Source: Sphaerodactylus townsendi
Taxonomy: Eukaryota
NCBI RefSeq assembly: GCF_021028975.2
Contig: NC_059430.1
Span: forward strand, 41,850,001 to 41,914,000
Length of the DNA stretch: 64,000 nt
Direction of reading: 5' to 3'
Position numbers and translations under genes: made by a program. Positions 35,005 through 47,216 of the stretch are shown in pieces. The notes beneath the pieces were generated by a model. It saw only the letters and a program-made list of their open reading frames with translations, was not told the DNA's origin and searched no databases. Numbering within the stretch: position 1 is the first letter of the stretch; each line of letters begins with the position of its first letter.

Positions 35005-35283
35005 GTTTGGATTTATATCCCCCCTTTCTCTCCTGCAGGAGACTCAAAGGGGCTTACAATCTCCTTGCCCTTCCTCCCTCACAACAAACACCCTGTGAGG
35101 TGGGTGGGGCTGAGAGAGCTCTGAGAAGCTGTGACTAGCCCAAGGTCACCCAGCTGGCGTGTGTGGGAGTGCACAGGCTAATCTGAATTCCCCAGATAAG
35201 CCTCCACAGCTCAGGCGGCAGAGCTGGGAATCAAACCCGGTTCCTCCAGATTAGATACACGAGCTCTTAACCTACTACGCCAT
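35005..35283 (-). mobile_element. Near full-length, young-looking squamate (gecko-type) SINE
   Basis: On minus: tRNA-like head TGGCGTAGTAGGTTAAGAGC..GAACCGGGTTTGATTCCC, body GTGACCTTGGGCTAGTCAC, and tail. Confidence 0.8.
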
Positions 35284-35599
35284 TGAGTACAAACACTTAA
35301 TCTAACATATTACAGACAAAAAAAATCCCATACAAAATGTACCACCATTTCTGGACTAATCAGTTAATCGCCTAGTCTCTCCATAAGATAGGAATACCTT
35401 AAAATTGTTAAAATAAACACCAAAAAACCTTTCTGGATCACATGTTGGTGAAATTTAGAATTCAACTTTTCTATGTTGATAGTATTCTTACCTTAACTAC
35501 TTCAGCCAGAAATTTAGCTACAGTAGTGGTTATTTCTGAAGATTAATCGTTTAGTAGAAAGTGCAAAATGTTGGCATTGGATAGTAAGTGTTTTGATTT

Positions 35600-36990
35600 T
35601 AATAAAGTAAGTAGGTAGTGGTTACACAGAGTTGCGTGTAACTGGCATTCTAAAATGACATGATGTACTGAGCAAATAGAACTAGCATTCTTTGATATCT
35701 ACCTCTCAGGACTTTGGAAGGAAAAGCATCAAACTGAGCTAACGTGAAAGCTCTGTGATGTAAAACGTTATCCAAGTTGTAGAAATACTGTGCTGTTTTC
35801 CTCCAATACAATGCCAATTTCAATGAAGCAGGAGAACAAGTAGGAGGCTTGGAAGGAAAAAAATTGGAATTCCAGATCCATGATTCTCTATTTTAATAGT
35901 CTAAATATAAGATTCAAGAGAATTGATGGAAAAGTCAATTGAACGGATTTTTGTTTCTATGCTGGAGAGCCGAGACACTAAGTGGGTCATTTTTAAGTAA
36001 AATAAAAGAGAATTTGAAGTAACTCTAAAGTGAATTTTTAGCCAGACTCTCAATGAAATTAGCCAGGCTTTTTTCCCCTGAGAGATGTTGGCCCAGCTCT
36101 GCACAGATAACAGAGTTGGGTACATGCTTAGGAGCTCCTAGAATTTTTCTAAAGAAATTGACCTGAATTCTCTCAGTGTTACTGTCAAAGTATTATCCAT
36201 AACGGAATTCCGTACAGTAATTGAGAATTTTTGCTTGGAAGATTCTAACAGCAGCCGGGACAAATTGATTGTCTTTTAAGTTAAAAATTTTTAAGAATCG
36301 AGGCATACACACATTTTGCACATCTAATTATTCTCGTTTTGTGTGTAGACCAATATAAATTGTATTGGTACATAATGCCTGGGTAATTTAAGCTTTTGAC
36401 TTGGTCAAATTGTTTATTGTCTACTGTCCATTTTGGGGGGTTCCAACTTTTAAAAAACACTAAAAAAATTTATTTTGAATACTTGATAGTAAGACAGTTA
36501 TCTTTACAGCAGTTTTGGAAAGCGAGTAAGTATCTCAAAAGTCGTAGTAAATTAAAGAATGGTAGTATCGTTAGCATAAAGCATTAAAAAGGTATCCTGT
36601 GAGCCTAATTTAATTAAAGAGATGGGGAGCCAGGATGCATCCTTGTAACCCCATTGGTTATTGGAATTGTTGCAGACAACTCACCTTTATTTGAGTATTT
36701 TACTTGGCCGAAATTGTTTAGATGGATTTTTTAATGAGAAATAATAACCTGGGGTCCATATTCACTGCGTCTAATTTTCTCCAAAGAATTCCTCTATGTA
36801 TTGTATCAAATGCACCTTTTAAATTGACAAAAGCCACATATAATTTTTGTGACCTGTTTCATATATTTATCTGCTAGAAAAGTGAGAATAAAACAGTGAA
36901 TCCTACCTGCTCTGAATCCATAATATTGTTTACAGCTATCCAAGACTTAAGCTGTCTCTCAAGGTGTTTGGTATAATCTCCTATTTCAAG
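35600..36990 (-). mobile_element. Old degenerate non-LTR retrotransposon RT region (RTE-like)
   Basis: Minus-strand peptides KLYVAFVNLKGAFDTIHRGILWRKL, QGCILAPHLFN and LMLYAND (YADD equivalent), with many stops. Confidence 0.7.
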
Positions 36991-37139
36991 TTGCTTGCAA
37001 TTAGGAGGAGGGCTTACCTCTTCCTCCATGTCATGCCAGCATTTACTTCAAATCATCACTGTTCTGATTATCAGTTTTATCCGGCTCTCAGTTCACTTTG
37101 AGGAGGAGTTATTTGGAGGCAATTATTATTTTGTTAGGT

Positions 37140-37518
37140 CTCAGTGGCCTTGAAAAGCTGGGGATATTTAGTCTGGAGCAGCGTAGGTTAAGGGGTGACA
37201 TGATAGCCATGTTTAAATATTTGAAGGGATGTCATGTTGAAGAGGAAGCAAGCTTGTTTTCTGCTGCCTTAGTGACCAGGACCCGGAGTAATGGATTCAA
37301 GGTGAAGGAAAACATTAGGAAGAACTTCCTGACTGTCAGGGCTGTTCAACAGTGGAATTCACTGCCTTGGAGAGTTGTGGAGTCTCCTTCTTTGGAGATT
37401 TTTAAAGAGAGGCTGGATGGTTATCTGTCGGGAGTTCTTTGATTGTGTGTTCCTGCATTGCAGGGGGTTGGACTTGATGGCCCTTGTGGTCTCTTCCAAC
37501 TCTATGATTCTATGATTC
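37140..37518 (+). mobile_element. CR1 LINE 3' end
   Basis: LGIFSLEQRRLRGDMIAMFKYLKG..RKNFLTVRAVQQWNSLP..ESPSLEIFKERLD, followed by the (TTCTATGA)n CR1 tail. Confidence 0.92.
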
Positions 37519-37828
37519 CAAGTAAAGTTATCAGCTGCAGTACATAAATTTGAAGTTCAAAGCTCTGTTTTCCGTTCGCAGTCAGTACAATCCAAATGAG
37601 AGAAACAGCTAAAATGTATATCTAAATCAGCACGTCTCCAGAGAAATTCAAAGGTAGAATGGTGTTTTTAGTGCAACTTAGTGTAGTTTAAAATTTATAA
37701 GCAATTAAAAGACAACTTTAGAAGAGTATTTTGACGAACCTGCAGCTCCATCACCCCGCCCTCTCTCCAATGGCTCATCATATTGCAGAGATCTGTTTCT
37801 CTGGAGTGGTCCTCTTATTATCCTATAG

Positions 37829-37973
37829 CCGTGGTGGCGAACCTTTGGCACTCCAGATGTAAGGACTACAATTCCCATCAGCCCCTGCCAGCATGGTCAG
37901 TTGGCCATGCTGGCAGGGGCTGATGAGAATTGTAGTCCATAATATCTGGAGTGCCAAAGGTTGGCCACCACTG
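37829..37973. mobile_element. hAT-type palindromic MITE
   Basis: TIR C(C/A)GTGGTGGCGAACCTTTGGCACTCCAGAT; perfect 8-bp TSD TCCTATAG. Confidence 0.9.
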
Positions 37974-40900
37974 TCCTATAGCATTCCAATGATGCCTGCC
38001 CTTCCCCCCCCCCCCCCCCCCACATAAAAGGCAGTTTAGGTCTTTTTGGTCAGGATGGATAAAAATTAAGGCAGTAATGTTTAGTCCAGCCCTAGTTAGT
38101 ATTTGGATGGGAAACCACTGCGGAAGCACAGGATTGTTATGCAGAGGCAGACAATGGCACACCACCTCTAATGTCTCTTACCTTGAAAACCTACAGGATT
38201 GCCTTAAGTTGGCTGTGACTTGATGGCACTTTTTGTCACTGTTTAGTCCATTTCAAAATTTAATTAACTTCTTTAAAAAAAAAAGAGTATCTGCAATGCC
38301 AGAACTTATACCCACTGCATGTGGCAGGAGAGAAAAGACATTTCCTTCCATCTCAATTATTGATCAGCTTTCTTCTAGTGGCTGACTGCCTTCATGTGAA
38401 GATAAAAATGTTAGTTGTCATAAGTTGCACTGGGATTTGCCCTGTATTGTTGAGTATATTTTATGTGACAGCCCAAAAAGTAAATCAACTGGCCAGTGAG
38501 AAAGTTGTCCATACACCACAGGACTTGAAAGAGTCCTCTTCAAAATAGCAGGTTCTTAATGCACAGATTCCTCTCACATATCTAGCTTTGTTTAAATTGT
38601 ATATTCCAGCACTCTTATAATACACATTAACAGCATGGAAGCTATATGCCTTACATACTCAGTAGAAGAAAAACATAGCAATTTTATATAGCACATATCA
38701 AATATTTAAAGTGTAAATATGTTTATACAACAGAAATCAGGTATTCCTCCTAAACTCATAACTGGACCGGGGCCAGGACACCTGAAGGAATGTCCACCTA
38801 TATGAGCCTGCATACTAACAGAGGTCGTTAGAAGCTCTGCTGTGTGTACCTTCCCCCTGAGTTGTGGTGGGCAAGAATCTTTTCTGTTGTGGTACTAACA
38901 CTCAGATGTTCCTGCCTACCATGTCTGATTTTACAGTCCTCTCGGTACCAGGCTAAGCTTTTTAAAACACTCTCTCTGAAACTTTTTACTCCTTTCCCCT
39001 TTATCTGTTTTAATTTGAGTTTCTCCTTTGTACCGATTTTATCTAAACAAGTTTTATTTATCTATTTTTAGCACGTTTTATGGTTGTGGATATTATTCTA
39101 CATTTCATTATTGTAAACCACCTTGGATACTTTTGGTTCAGAGTGCAGAAAAAATGTTTGGAATATATAACAATCTCTTAAATAGCCAGTGTCATGATCC
39201 CCATATTGCAGCTAGTGATAAAGCTGAGAGAATTGTCGGTTTCTGAAGGTCACTGATTGAATTCATACCTAAGGTGAGATTTGAATCAAGAACTTCTTAG
39301 ATGAGACTGATAAATGATCTGCCTCAGTGTAAGGTAGTTTTGTTTCTATGGCCATTTAATCAGCCAGATCATCACCATCTGACTCCTAAGAAAGGTTTAA
39401 AGTTAAGGATGCTTTCCCATTGATCTCTTGTTCCAGGTCTCCCTCACTGCAGTAATTTTCTTTTCATCTGCCACTTGACATCATTGTGCAGTTGCCCCCA
39501 TCTGCTCTGCTTTGGTACAATCTTTCCTTAAAGATGGGAGCATGTAGACACAATGGTGTAGATTCCCAGACCTCCCTGCCCACATCTGGTCCTATTTCCA
39601 GGATCACTGGCAAGCTTTTTGATGTTAAATTTAATATTACTATAATATCCTAAAACTGTAGCAATATTCCTACTTCTGATTTAAAAAACCCAAAACAGCT
39701 AAAAGCCCATGCAGGAAAATAGTGATGAGGGGTAAACACAGAGAAAATCCCTGTGTGACTCATCTTTCGGCAGAAACAACTTATGTGTGTTGTTTCTTGT
39801 AAACTCCTTTTTCTCAAAAGTTCTATCACAGGTGATGATGCTGAACATTTCAGTAGGAATCTTTTGACATCATAGCTGTATACACATCCCATGTGACGTT
39901 TCAGATATACACAGCTAAGGATTAAATTGTGACCTACAAATCTATGTTCATTCTTTGTGCAACAGTCATAGGAAGAATTGACAGTGATCCATCAGGAATA
40001 AAATATCCCATAGGATGGATCAAGACAGAAATAAAAGTAGTAGTTTGAAAAAAGTACAAAGATGGATTTCAAATTCTTCTCAACCACAAGTCATGATTTC
40101 TATGATCATATATATAAGAACCAAAGCTTAGTATAGGACCTGGAGGTGCTGATTGGTGCATACAAATTCTTGCATATCACATTGCTTTCTGACTTTTAGT
40201 TCGTTTCCTTGTTAAGCGACTTGCATATAAATGACTTATAGTTTAAAGTGTTGGGTCAACAAAGCCATTGTTCACAACGCTCAAGTGTAAAGCAATGCAG
40301 ACAATAATCACGAGATATCTGTTCTGTTCATTTATGGACAACAGCAATAAGGTGACTATTCCAAATGGAGAAAAAATAACCATCCGTTATTCTTTTACTA
40401 TGGCAAAAATCAAGCTGTGGGGCAAGTGAAGCAGCACTTCCAAAATGGACAGGAATGGAATAACGTGAAACAAAACTTTTATATCAGAGTCAAAAGACAA
40501 ATTTTCCTCCAGCTGGTCTGGAATATTATCAGAAATCAGTAGATTTGCTAACTTTATACAGAACTTGATGGCATTTTGCACTCCTGCAATCCTGGATTTG
40601 TTTTGCATGAAATAATATACAATCCAGCCTTTTTTAAAAAAAGATTATTTGCATGGGTGATTTTATATACAGAATAAAGTAGTACGGTTTATCAGCTACT
40701 TGTAATTCATGTTTATTGGTGAATAAAGGTTTTTTAAAATTGTAGCTTGTGTGAAATAACTTCAATCTCTGCTTATTCTATAAACCCTCAGGGTTTGTGT
40801 ACAGACATTGAAGATGAGGGACAACCAACTCTACTTGAGACAGAATAGCCTCCCCTAACCTCCCCACAAACCCATGTCAAGAAGCTGGCACATGTACTGT

Positions 40901-41091
40901 TCTTCAGTAACTATTATTTTTGTCTTCTTGATGTTCAGTGGTACTTGGCAAACTGCTTGGGACTTTCTGCTTTAACCTACATTTGGAGTTGTTTCAAATC
41001 TTCACAATTTTCTGCCAGTAACATGATATCATCTGCAAATCTCAAACTGTTAATGTTCCTTCACCAATTTCTACTTCACCTTCCTCTAAAT

Positions 41092-41835
41092 TAGGGCTGT
41101 CGAGCTCATTTGTTAAGAGGGCTGAATATGACATAAATGTGACTTGGTCGGGCCAGCCCAGATCAGCATGGGGATCTGTTGTTAAACCCACAGTGAGCTC
41201 ACCAGCCCAGAACGACACTCGGGGAGGTGGTCAACATTGAGGGAGGGGTGGCAGCTGCTTCAGCTAGCAAACCTGCAGCAGTCTTGCCACCCCAGATCAG
41301 CACTGGGGTAGGTGTTTGGTACTGGGAAGGGTGGTTGCCTCAGCTGGCGAGCTCGTAGCAGGCTTGCCAGTACAAATCAGTATGGTGTATGTACGTGTGG
41401 CTGCCTCAGCAGGCTCACCAGTCCAGGTTGGCACTGGGGGGGGGGGGGGGCTATCTCGATTGGCGAGCCCACAGTGAGCTTGCTAGCCTGATTGTCAGGT
41501 GGGTGTGTGGTTTGCCAGGTCTGCCAAGAGTGGGGTGGCTGCCAGGATCAGCCAACCAGCAACAGACTCGCCAGGCCAGATTGGGAGCAGGGCAGGAATG
41601 GATGTCTGGACTGTTGAGCCCACAGGTGGGAGGGGTGGCTGACTGGACTGACAAGCCTCCAGCGGGGTGAAGTGGGTGCCTGCACTGGTGAGCCTGCAGC
41701 AGGGTGGGGAGAGTGACTGCAACAGCCCAGATCGGGTACGGGGTGCGTGGATGCCTAGATTGGACTTACCAGGCCAAAATGGGAGCAGAGTGGGGATAGG
41801 CGCATGGACTGGCAGCTGCACGTCTTACACCCCTG
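41092..41835. mobile_element. Non-autonomous hAT element with GC-rich internal repeats
   Basis: Ends TAGGGCTGTC / TACACCCCTG; TSD CTCTAAAT/ATCTAAAT (7/8); recurring CCCAGATCAGCA and GAGCTC units. Confidence 0.65.
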
Positions 41836-41899
41836 ATCTAAATCTAATCAACACTGGCACTCTTACGTTAGTTTATATAGTTTGTTTAATTTAAACACG

Positions 41900-42170
41900 C
41901 ATGTGCTCATGTTGTAAACTGGACCGGCCCCAGACCCTTTTGGCCACCCAGTCCACCCTCCGACTATTAAAACAGCCACCTCACTCGGATTTCTTTACAT
42001 TATTCCCCACCCTCACATAAGCCGCTCCCGCCGGCTGCAGCAGCAGCTCAGCTACAGGCGCACTGGGACCTTCCCCTTCCCGGTATCACGAGACGTGAGA
42101 AAACACCGCCCATTCTTCTCAGAGCCGCCGGCGCATAGTTACAGCAACCATCGGCTCTGCAAAAAAGATG
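41900..42170 (+). promoter_or_regulatory. CpG-rich promoter of SMDT1
   Basis: CpG enrichment; YY1-like AAGATGGCC over the ATG; RFX-like GTTACAGCAAC near 42138. Confidence 0.55.
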
Positions 42171-42987
42171 GCCGGGCGTCTGCTAGCAGCGGTCGGACCT
42201 TGGAGGAGGGCGGACTCCATCAGGATCCATAGAATCACCTCCACCATCGTTGCACCATCGCGCAACGTTACAGCCACCCGGACTGGCGCCATTTTACCCA
42301 AGCCCGTTAAAGTGAGTGTGGGAAAGCCAGAAGGAAACCTGGGCGGCTGGAGTGGGGCGGGGAGAGAGAGAGAGAGAGAGAGAGCGCAAACATTGACCAA
42401 TGCGAGGCTCTGTGTAATGTTATTGGCTGGTTTGCTAGCCACTGGTTTGTAAGCTATTCTGGGGAGGGCGTGACTGGCGCTTGAGTGACAGAAGGTTGGG
42501 ACAATGGAAAATTGAGTCAGACTGCGGGGCCTTAGAACGCGGAAGTGCCTATTGAAAGGGTCTGACCAAGACAAGGAGAATGAGCCAGATTGACTAGGGG
42601 TTGGGGGAGCTCGCTGGTTGGCTGGGAGGCTGTGCACGCTCCTACTCGGACTAAATGGGGCTGCTCTGTTAGTGAAAATTAATTAGAACGGTGGAGAGAA
42701 TGACCACGAGCTGGAGCTGTACATCTAAGAGAGAAAGGAGGGCAATAAAAGGAGAGCGGGGTTGGGAGATCCCTGGCAGCCACATAAAGACTGTTGATTG
42801 CAAAACGTGTCTTCTGAAAGATATTAACATATATGTTTACCTCTATTAGATGCCCTTTGGTCTCCTCCGTATATTTTCCGTTGTAATACCTTTCCTCTAT
42901 GTTGGGACGCAGATCAGCAAAAGCTTTGCAGCTTTGCTTGAGGAACATGATATCTTTGTGCCAGAGGATGATGATGACGATGACTAA
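42168..42987 (+). CDS. SMDT1: Essential MCU regulator EMRE. join(42168..42311,42850..42987), 93 aa. Probable non-coding exon 3 from 43834 to AATAAA 44056-44061.
   Basis: RTGAILPKPVK|MPFGLLRIFSVVIPFLYVGTQISKSFAALLEEHDIFVPEDDDDDD*: PKP motif, TM helix with GxxxS, poly-Asp tail; Arg-rich N-terminal presequence. Confidence 0.95.
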
Positions 42988-45900
42988 TAGGTATGACCAC
43001 TGATAAAAACAGATGTTTCAACTCCATTTTTCTTATTCTGTTTGAAAAATACTCATATGCATCCTGGAACAATAGCTTCACTGTTACGATTTTGTTTACC
43101 TATTCAATGGGGGACCTGTAAAGAACATCTGTGTGCTGCAGCTACAAACTGAAAATACATCTTTCTCTCCTGCCCCTCAAAGTTTCAGGAGTGAGGCTGT
43201 GTGTGTCAAACAATATATGTTCAATCTGTAAAATTCAGCATGGTATGGCGATTACAGTGTCAGATTAGGAAGTGTCTAGGAACATAGGCAGTACATGCAT
43301 ATGAGAATATTTCTTCACTGCACTGGTCAAAGCTGGATTTTGCAGCAGCCTATAGAAGAGATTTGGCAGTCTGCTGCACCTGGCCCCTTCTCACAGAATG
43401 CTTCACTGTTTCTGCCATAACAGCATCTTTCTGTTCCCCCTCCCTGTTTTTTTTTTCTGTATCCAGTTCTGAAGCAGGAATAAAAGCTTTGAATATATCA
43501 AGCATCTTTGATTATCTCCTTTTTAAGTAAAAGAACTACAGTTTAATAAATATTAGTGCATGCCCAAGTCTTCTACAGTGACAGTATTGCAGCATACCAA
43601 CAAAAGTATGCTGCTTGCTAAATATTTGCTAAAGGCACAGTGAACAGGTTTCTGAGGGGGGAAAGCTATCGGAAAAGAAACAAGTTGTTTAAAATACACA
43701 TGTGGTATGGAGATTCCCTTCTGGTTGAATCTTATTTTTAATTACTGCTTCTTGTTCACCAGAGTGCAACGCTAGCTTTTTAAAAGGGATACTACAACAG
43801 TATAGATTAACTTTTGTTTTTGTTTTGCAATAGGACTACAATGGAAGAGGACATAGTTACACAGGATTATTCTGCCATCACTAAGCACAATGCCATCTCT
43901 TACTCTATAAAGAAGTCTGATGGACAGATAGACCTGTTATTTCAGCAAGTGCTGAGTATGCATGTCAAAATGAGGATAACATGTTGGTTCACCTGTACTT
44001 ACTTTACATCCACTTAAAAGACTGCTTGAAGTTGCTGTTCGAATGAGTACAGGGAAATAAAGTTAGACTGAGAGTTGTGTCCCTTCATTAAGTGTCTAGT
44101 GTCAACATTTATGTGTTTCTTAGCCAAAAACAAGTGAAAGAATCAACGCACACAATCTCAGTACCATTGTATATTCAGTAAAGATCAGATTGAATAGAGC
44201 CTCATTTATGGCATATCTTCAATTTAAGAAAACCAAGATTCCATGTTTAAAATAAATTGTATAAGTTCCTCATTTAATCCAAACCAGAATTTCACTGTTT
44301 TGCTCTCTAAAATTATCTGCTCAAATGTGATAAAAAATATTTGCTGAATATTTACTACTGGACCCTTTGAACTTGGTATTTGAAGTTTAAGAGCTGATGT
44401 GCAAGCATTCATATTTTAAAATGGTAATGCAGTGGAATTTAGCAGCTTGATGCTTCATACTTATTTACTTACAGCCTGCCTTATTTGGTGAGACTCCCGA
44501 CAGATTACACCAAAATATAATCAGTTTTTAACACAGTTTCATTAAATATATGTATTTAAAATTTAACAAAAGTAAGCAGTTTCTAAATTTTCCTTCAGTT
44601 CCAGTGAATGGAGAACTGGAGAATACTGTGATAGAAAGACAAAAAATTGTTTATACTTGAGTGCAGCAGCATAGAAACCAAGGTAGAGGAACAAAATGAA
44701 TTATTCTTGAGCAGAGACAATGGTACAGTAAAGGTGACATCTCAGCTTCAGGTATAGTAATGCAATAATTTGTTTCAAAAGTGGAGATCAAGAACCCCAT
44801 CCAAAGCATGGAAGGGGATCCACTTGTGGGAGTGGCGCATGGCTGAACCAGTACATTTGTCCTCACCGGGCACTTACCCTGGCAGAAGGGTGATGTTGCT
44901 GATGTGCAGCCGCTGTGGCCCTCCCAAGAATTGGGATGCAGTGCCAGACATAGCGTTCCAGTGCCCCTGCCCATGCAGTGGGGGCATGGTCAGGGAAGGA
45001 ACTGACATTAGTTTGTTTCCCCACCCTCCCGGCCATTCACTGTGTTACACCAGTGGACAAAACCTCAGAATTATGCCACCAAAAAGGGTAGCATAAATCT
45101 ATGGCCAGTGGGAGCTACTTGGTGGCAGAGAGGCTTTTCACCTTTCTAGCCTCCCCATGCCACCAAGAAACCTCCTTGAGAACGGCGCAGCTGCAGCACA
45201 TGGTCTCTTGGATGGAACTGCAAGTCAGTACACAAAGGAAACTGGGTCTGTCATCATGTAGGAACTGTAACATGGCTGCGAGTGCCCTTCGATTTAGTCA
45301 GTGTAATTCTATAGTGCCACATCCTTTAACATAATTAAAGGCAGGCTTAGGTTACAAAATGGATGCTCACTTGAAAAAATTACGACAAAAATGCTTTGGT
45401 ATTTATAACTGAATGTTAATCTGCCTAACAATACACACACAAATTACTTTAGATAATCTGGTTCTCATACATATCTGAAATAGTTCTGGAGGTAAACAAG
45501 CAAAGTAAAATAGAATATAGCTGGAAGTCTTAGGCTGTGGCAGATAAGTGGCTAATTTCCAGCCCAGGTAAGTTGTTTTGTGGACTTCTCATAGTACCCA
45601 TGCCCAAAAGCTTAGCTTGTACTGCTCTAGAATAATTACTCTGCCCTTTTGCAGATTTACATTTATACACCTGATTCTGTATACATGCATAGAACTTCAG
45701 TGTGGAATGCAGTTTAATGCTATTTGGAAATTTATTACCTTTTGTAATAGTAAGAGTTTTGACTACTGCTTGAGGAAGAAACAAAGTCACCAATTCCCAC
45801 CCCACTGCTACAGCAGGCTTGCACAGGATTTCTCTGGGTCCATCCTTTCTCAAGTTTTTCTCTCACATATAAGAGTGGATTTCTTTTCATCAAAAATCCT

Positions 45901-47158
45901 TCATATTATTAAAACTCAACAGCAATTAATTTTAGTCAGTGACATGGATTTTAAGTGAACTGTTCCAATTATATTTAATTGCAAATTTCAAAAAACACAT
46001 TTGAAATAATCCCCCCCCCCCCAAACACTCAGGAGTATTCTACACAGGTATATGTAAAATATCAGTAACATACTTTTGCACTGCTTTCCTAGAGCTGTCC
46101 CTGATGTTCTCCTCATCACACATAATGGGGCAGAGAACTTACCCAAAGAGCTGCTTGCTTTGATTGAAGAAAAACTACTTGGGTTATGTACCTTGTATGC
46201 CAGCCCTGGCTAGTTTGCCTGATTTGACTCCCAAAGCTGAGTGAATGTGTATTACAAGGCAATCCGGAGCAGTCAGGCAGGCGGGGATGGTGCTGCTCTG
46301 AGCAAGAGAGCTGATTGGGCTCTGCAGGCTCACTAAAGTCAACCCTGGCTCCTGGAATGCCCTCAGCAATGCCAGTGCAAAGTTTTGAACCGGTGGGCCT
46401 GTGTGCTAGAGATCAGGCGCCATTTGGCATCTGGCTGTCCAGGTATGTTGCCCCTTGTGCTGGCAGAAAAGGCATTTCCACTGGAGCAGCGGTGTTCCAG
46501 CTCCAGAGGGAGATCCTGCCCCCTACAGGGGACTGCCCATCACTAGTTTCAAACAGGAATACAAATATTTTTTCATGTGCTGTCACCAGGAAACTCTTGT
46601 TGCAAACTGCACAGGGACAAAAGAATGTACATGTAGCCATTTTTACGACTTGTTGATCATGACTGGAGCATGTGTAATCTCCACAATCTAGCAAATGAAC
46701 CAGTGGCAGCTATCTTCACAGCTTCATCATGCTACTATACAGACATAAAACAAAGTACTATTTGTTTTAAACTAAATGAATCATCAGTGTGATCATAGGA
46801 AGTATCCAATTCCACAGCCAATCAGCATTCTGGGCAAAGTGAGTGATTTTCAATCACCTTATTTGCAGAAATCACATTGCCCTTGGATAAAATTTCTCAC
46901 ATGGACTTCTCAACATCTTTGTACAGCACAATACTACATATGCTTACTTCTCTGTAAGTACACTGTATTTAGTGAGACATACTGCAATGCAAATAGGCAG
47001 TTTTTGAGGAACTGATGGGAACTAATATGCCCAGCCATATGTAGCCCATACAAGATGTATCTGGGATGAGTATATGCACCAAGAATTCAGAATAAAAACA
47101 GAACAGATAGTGCTTAGTTGGATACTTTCCTTCTGAAGGGCTCTTCAGCAATCAGTGC

Positions 47159-47164
47159 TTTATT
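47159..47164 (-). terminator. Candidate poly(A) signal of NDUFA6
   Basis: AATAAA on minus about 50 nt after the stop. Confidence 0.5.
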
Positions 47165-47216
47165 TGCAACAAAAGCAACCAAAAATACAGTCATAGCTCC
47201 ACAAAGTCTGTGTGGC

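Noticed and set aside
42119-42637. 172-aa antisense ORF over SMDT1 exon 1
   Set aside because: GC-rich shadow ORF crossing a (GA)n tract, non-ATG start, no recognisable domain.
44600-47100. Hidden gene between SMDT1 and NDUFA6 (ORFs 46315-46656 and 46455-46691)
   Set aside because: No recognisable homology or consistent exon chain; sizes are compatible with chance.
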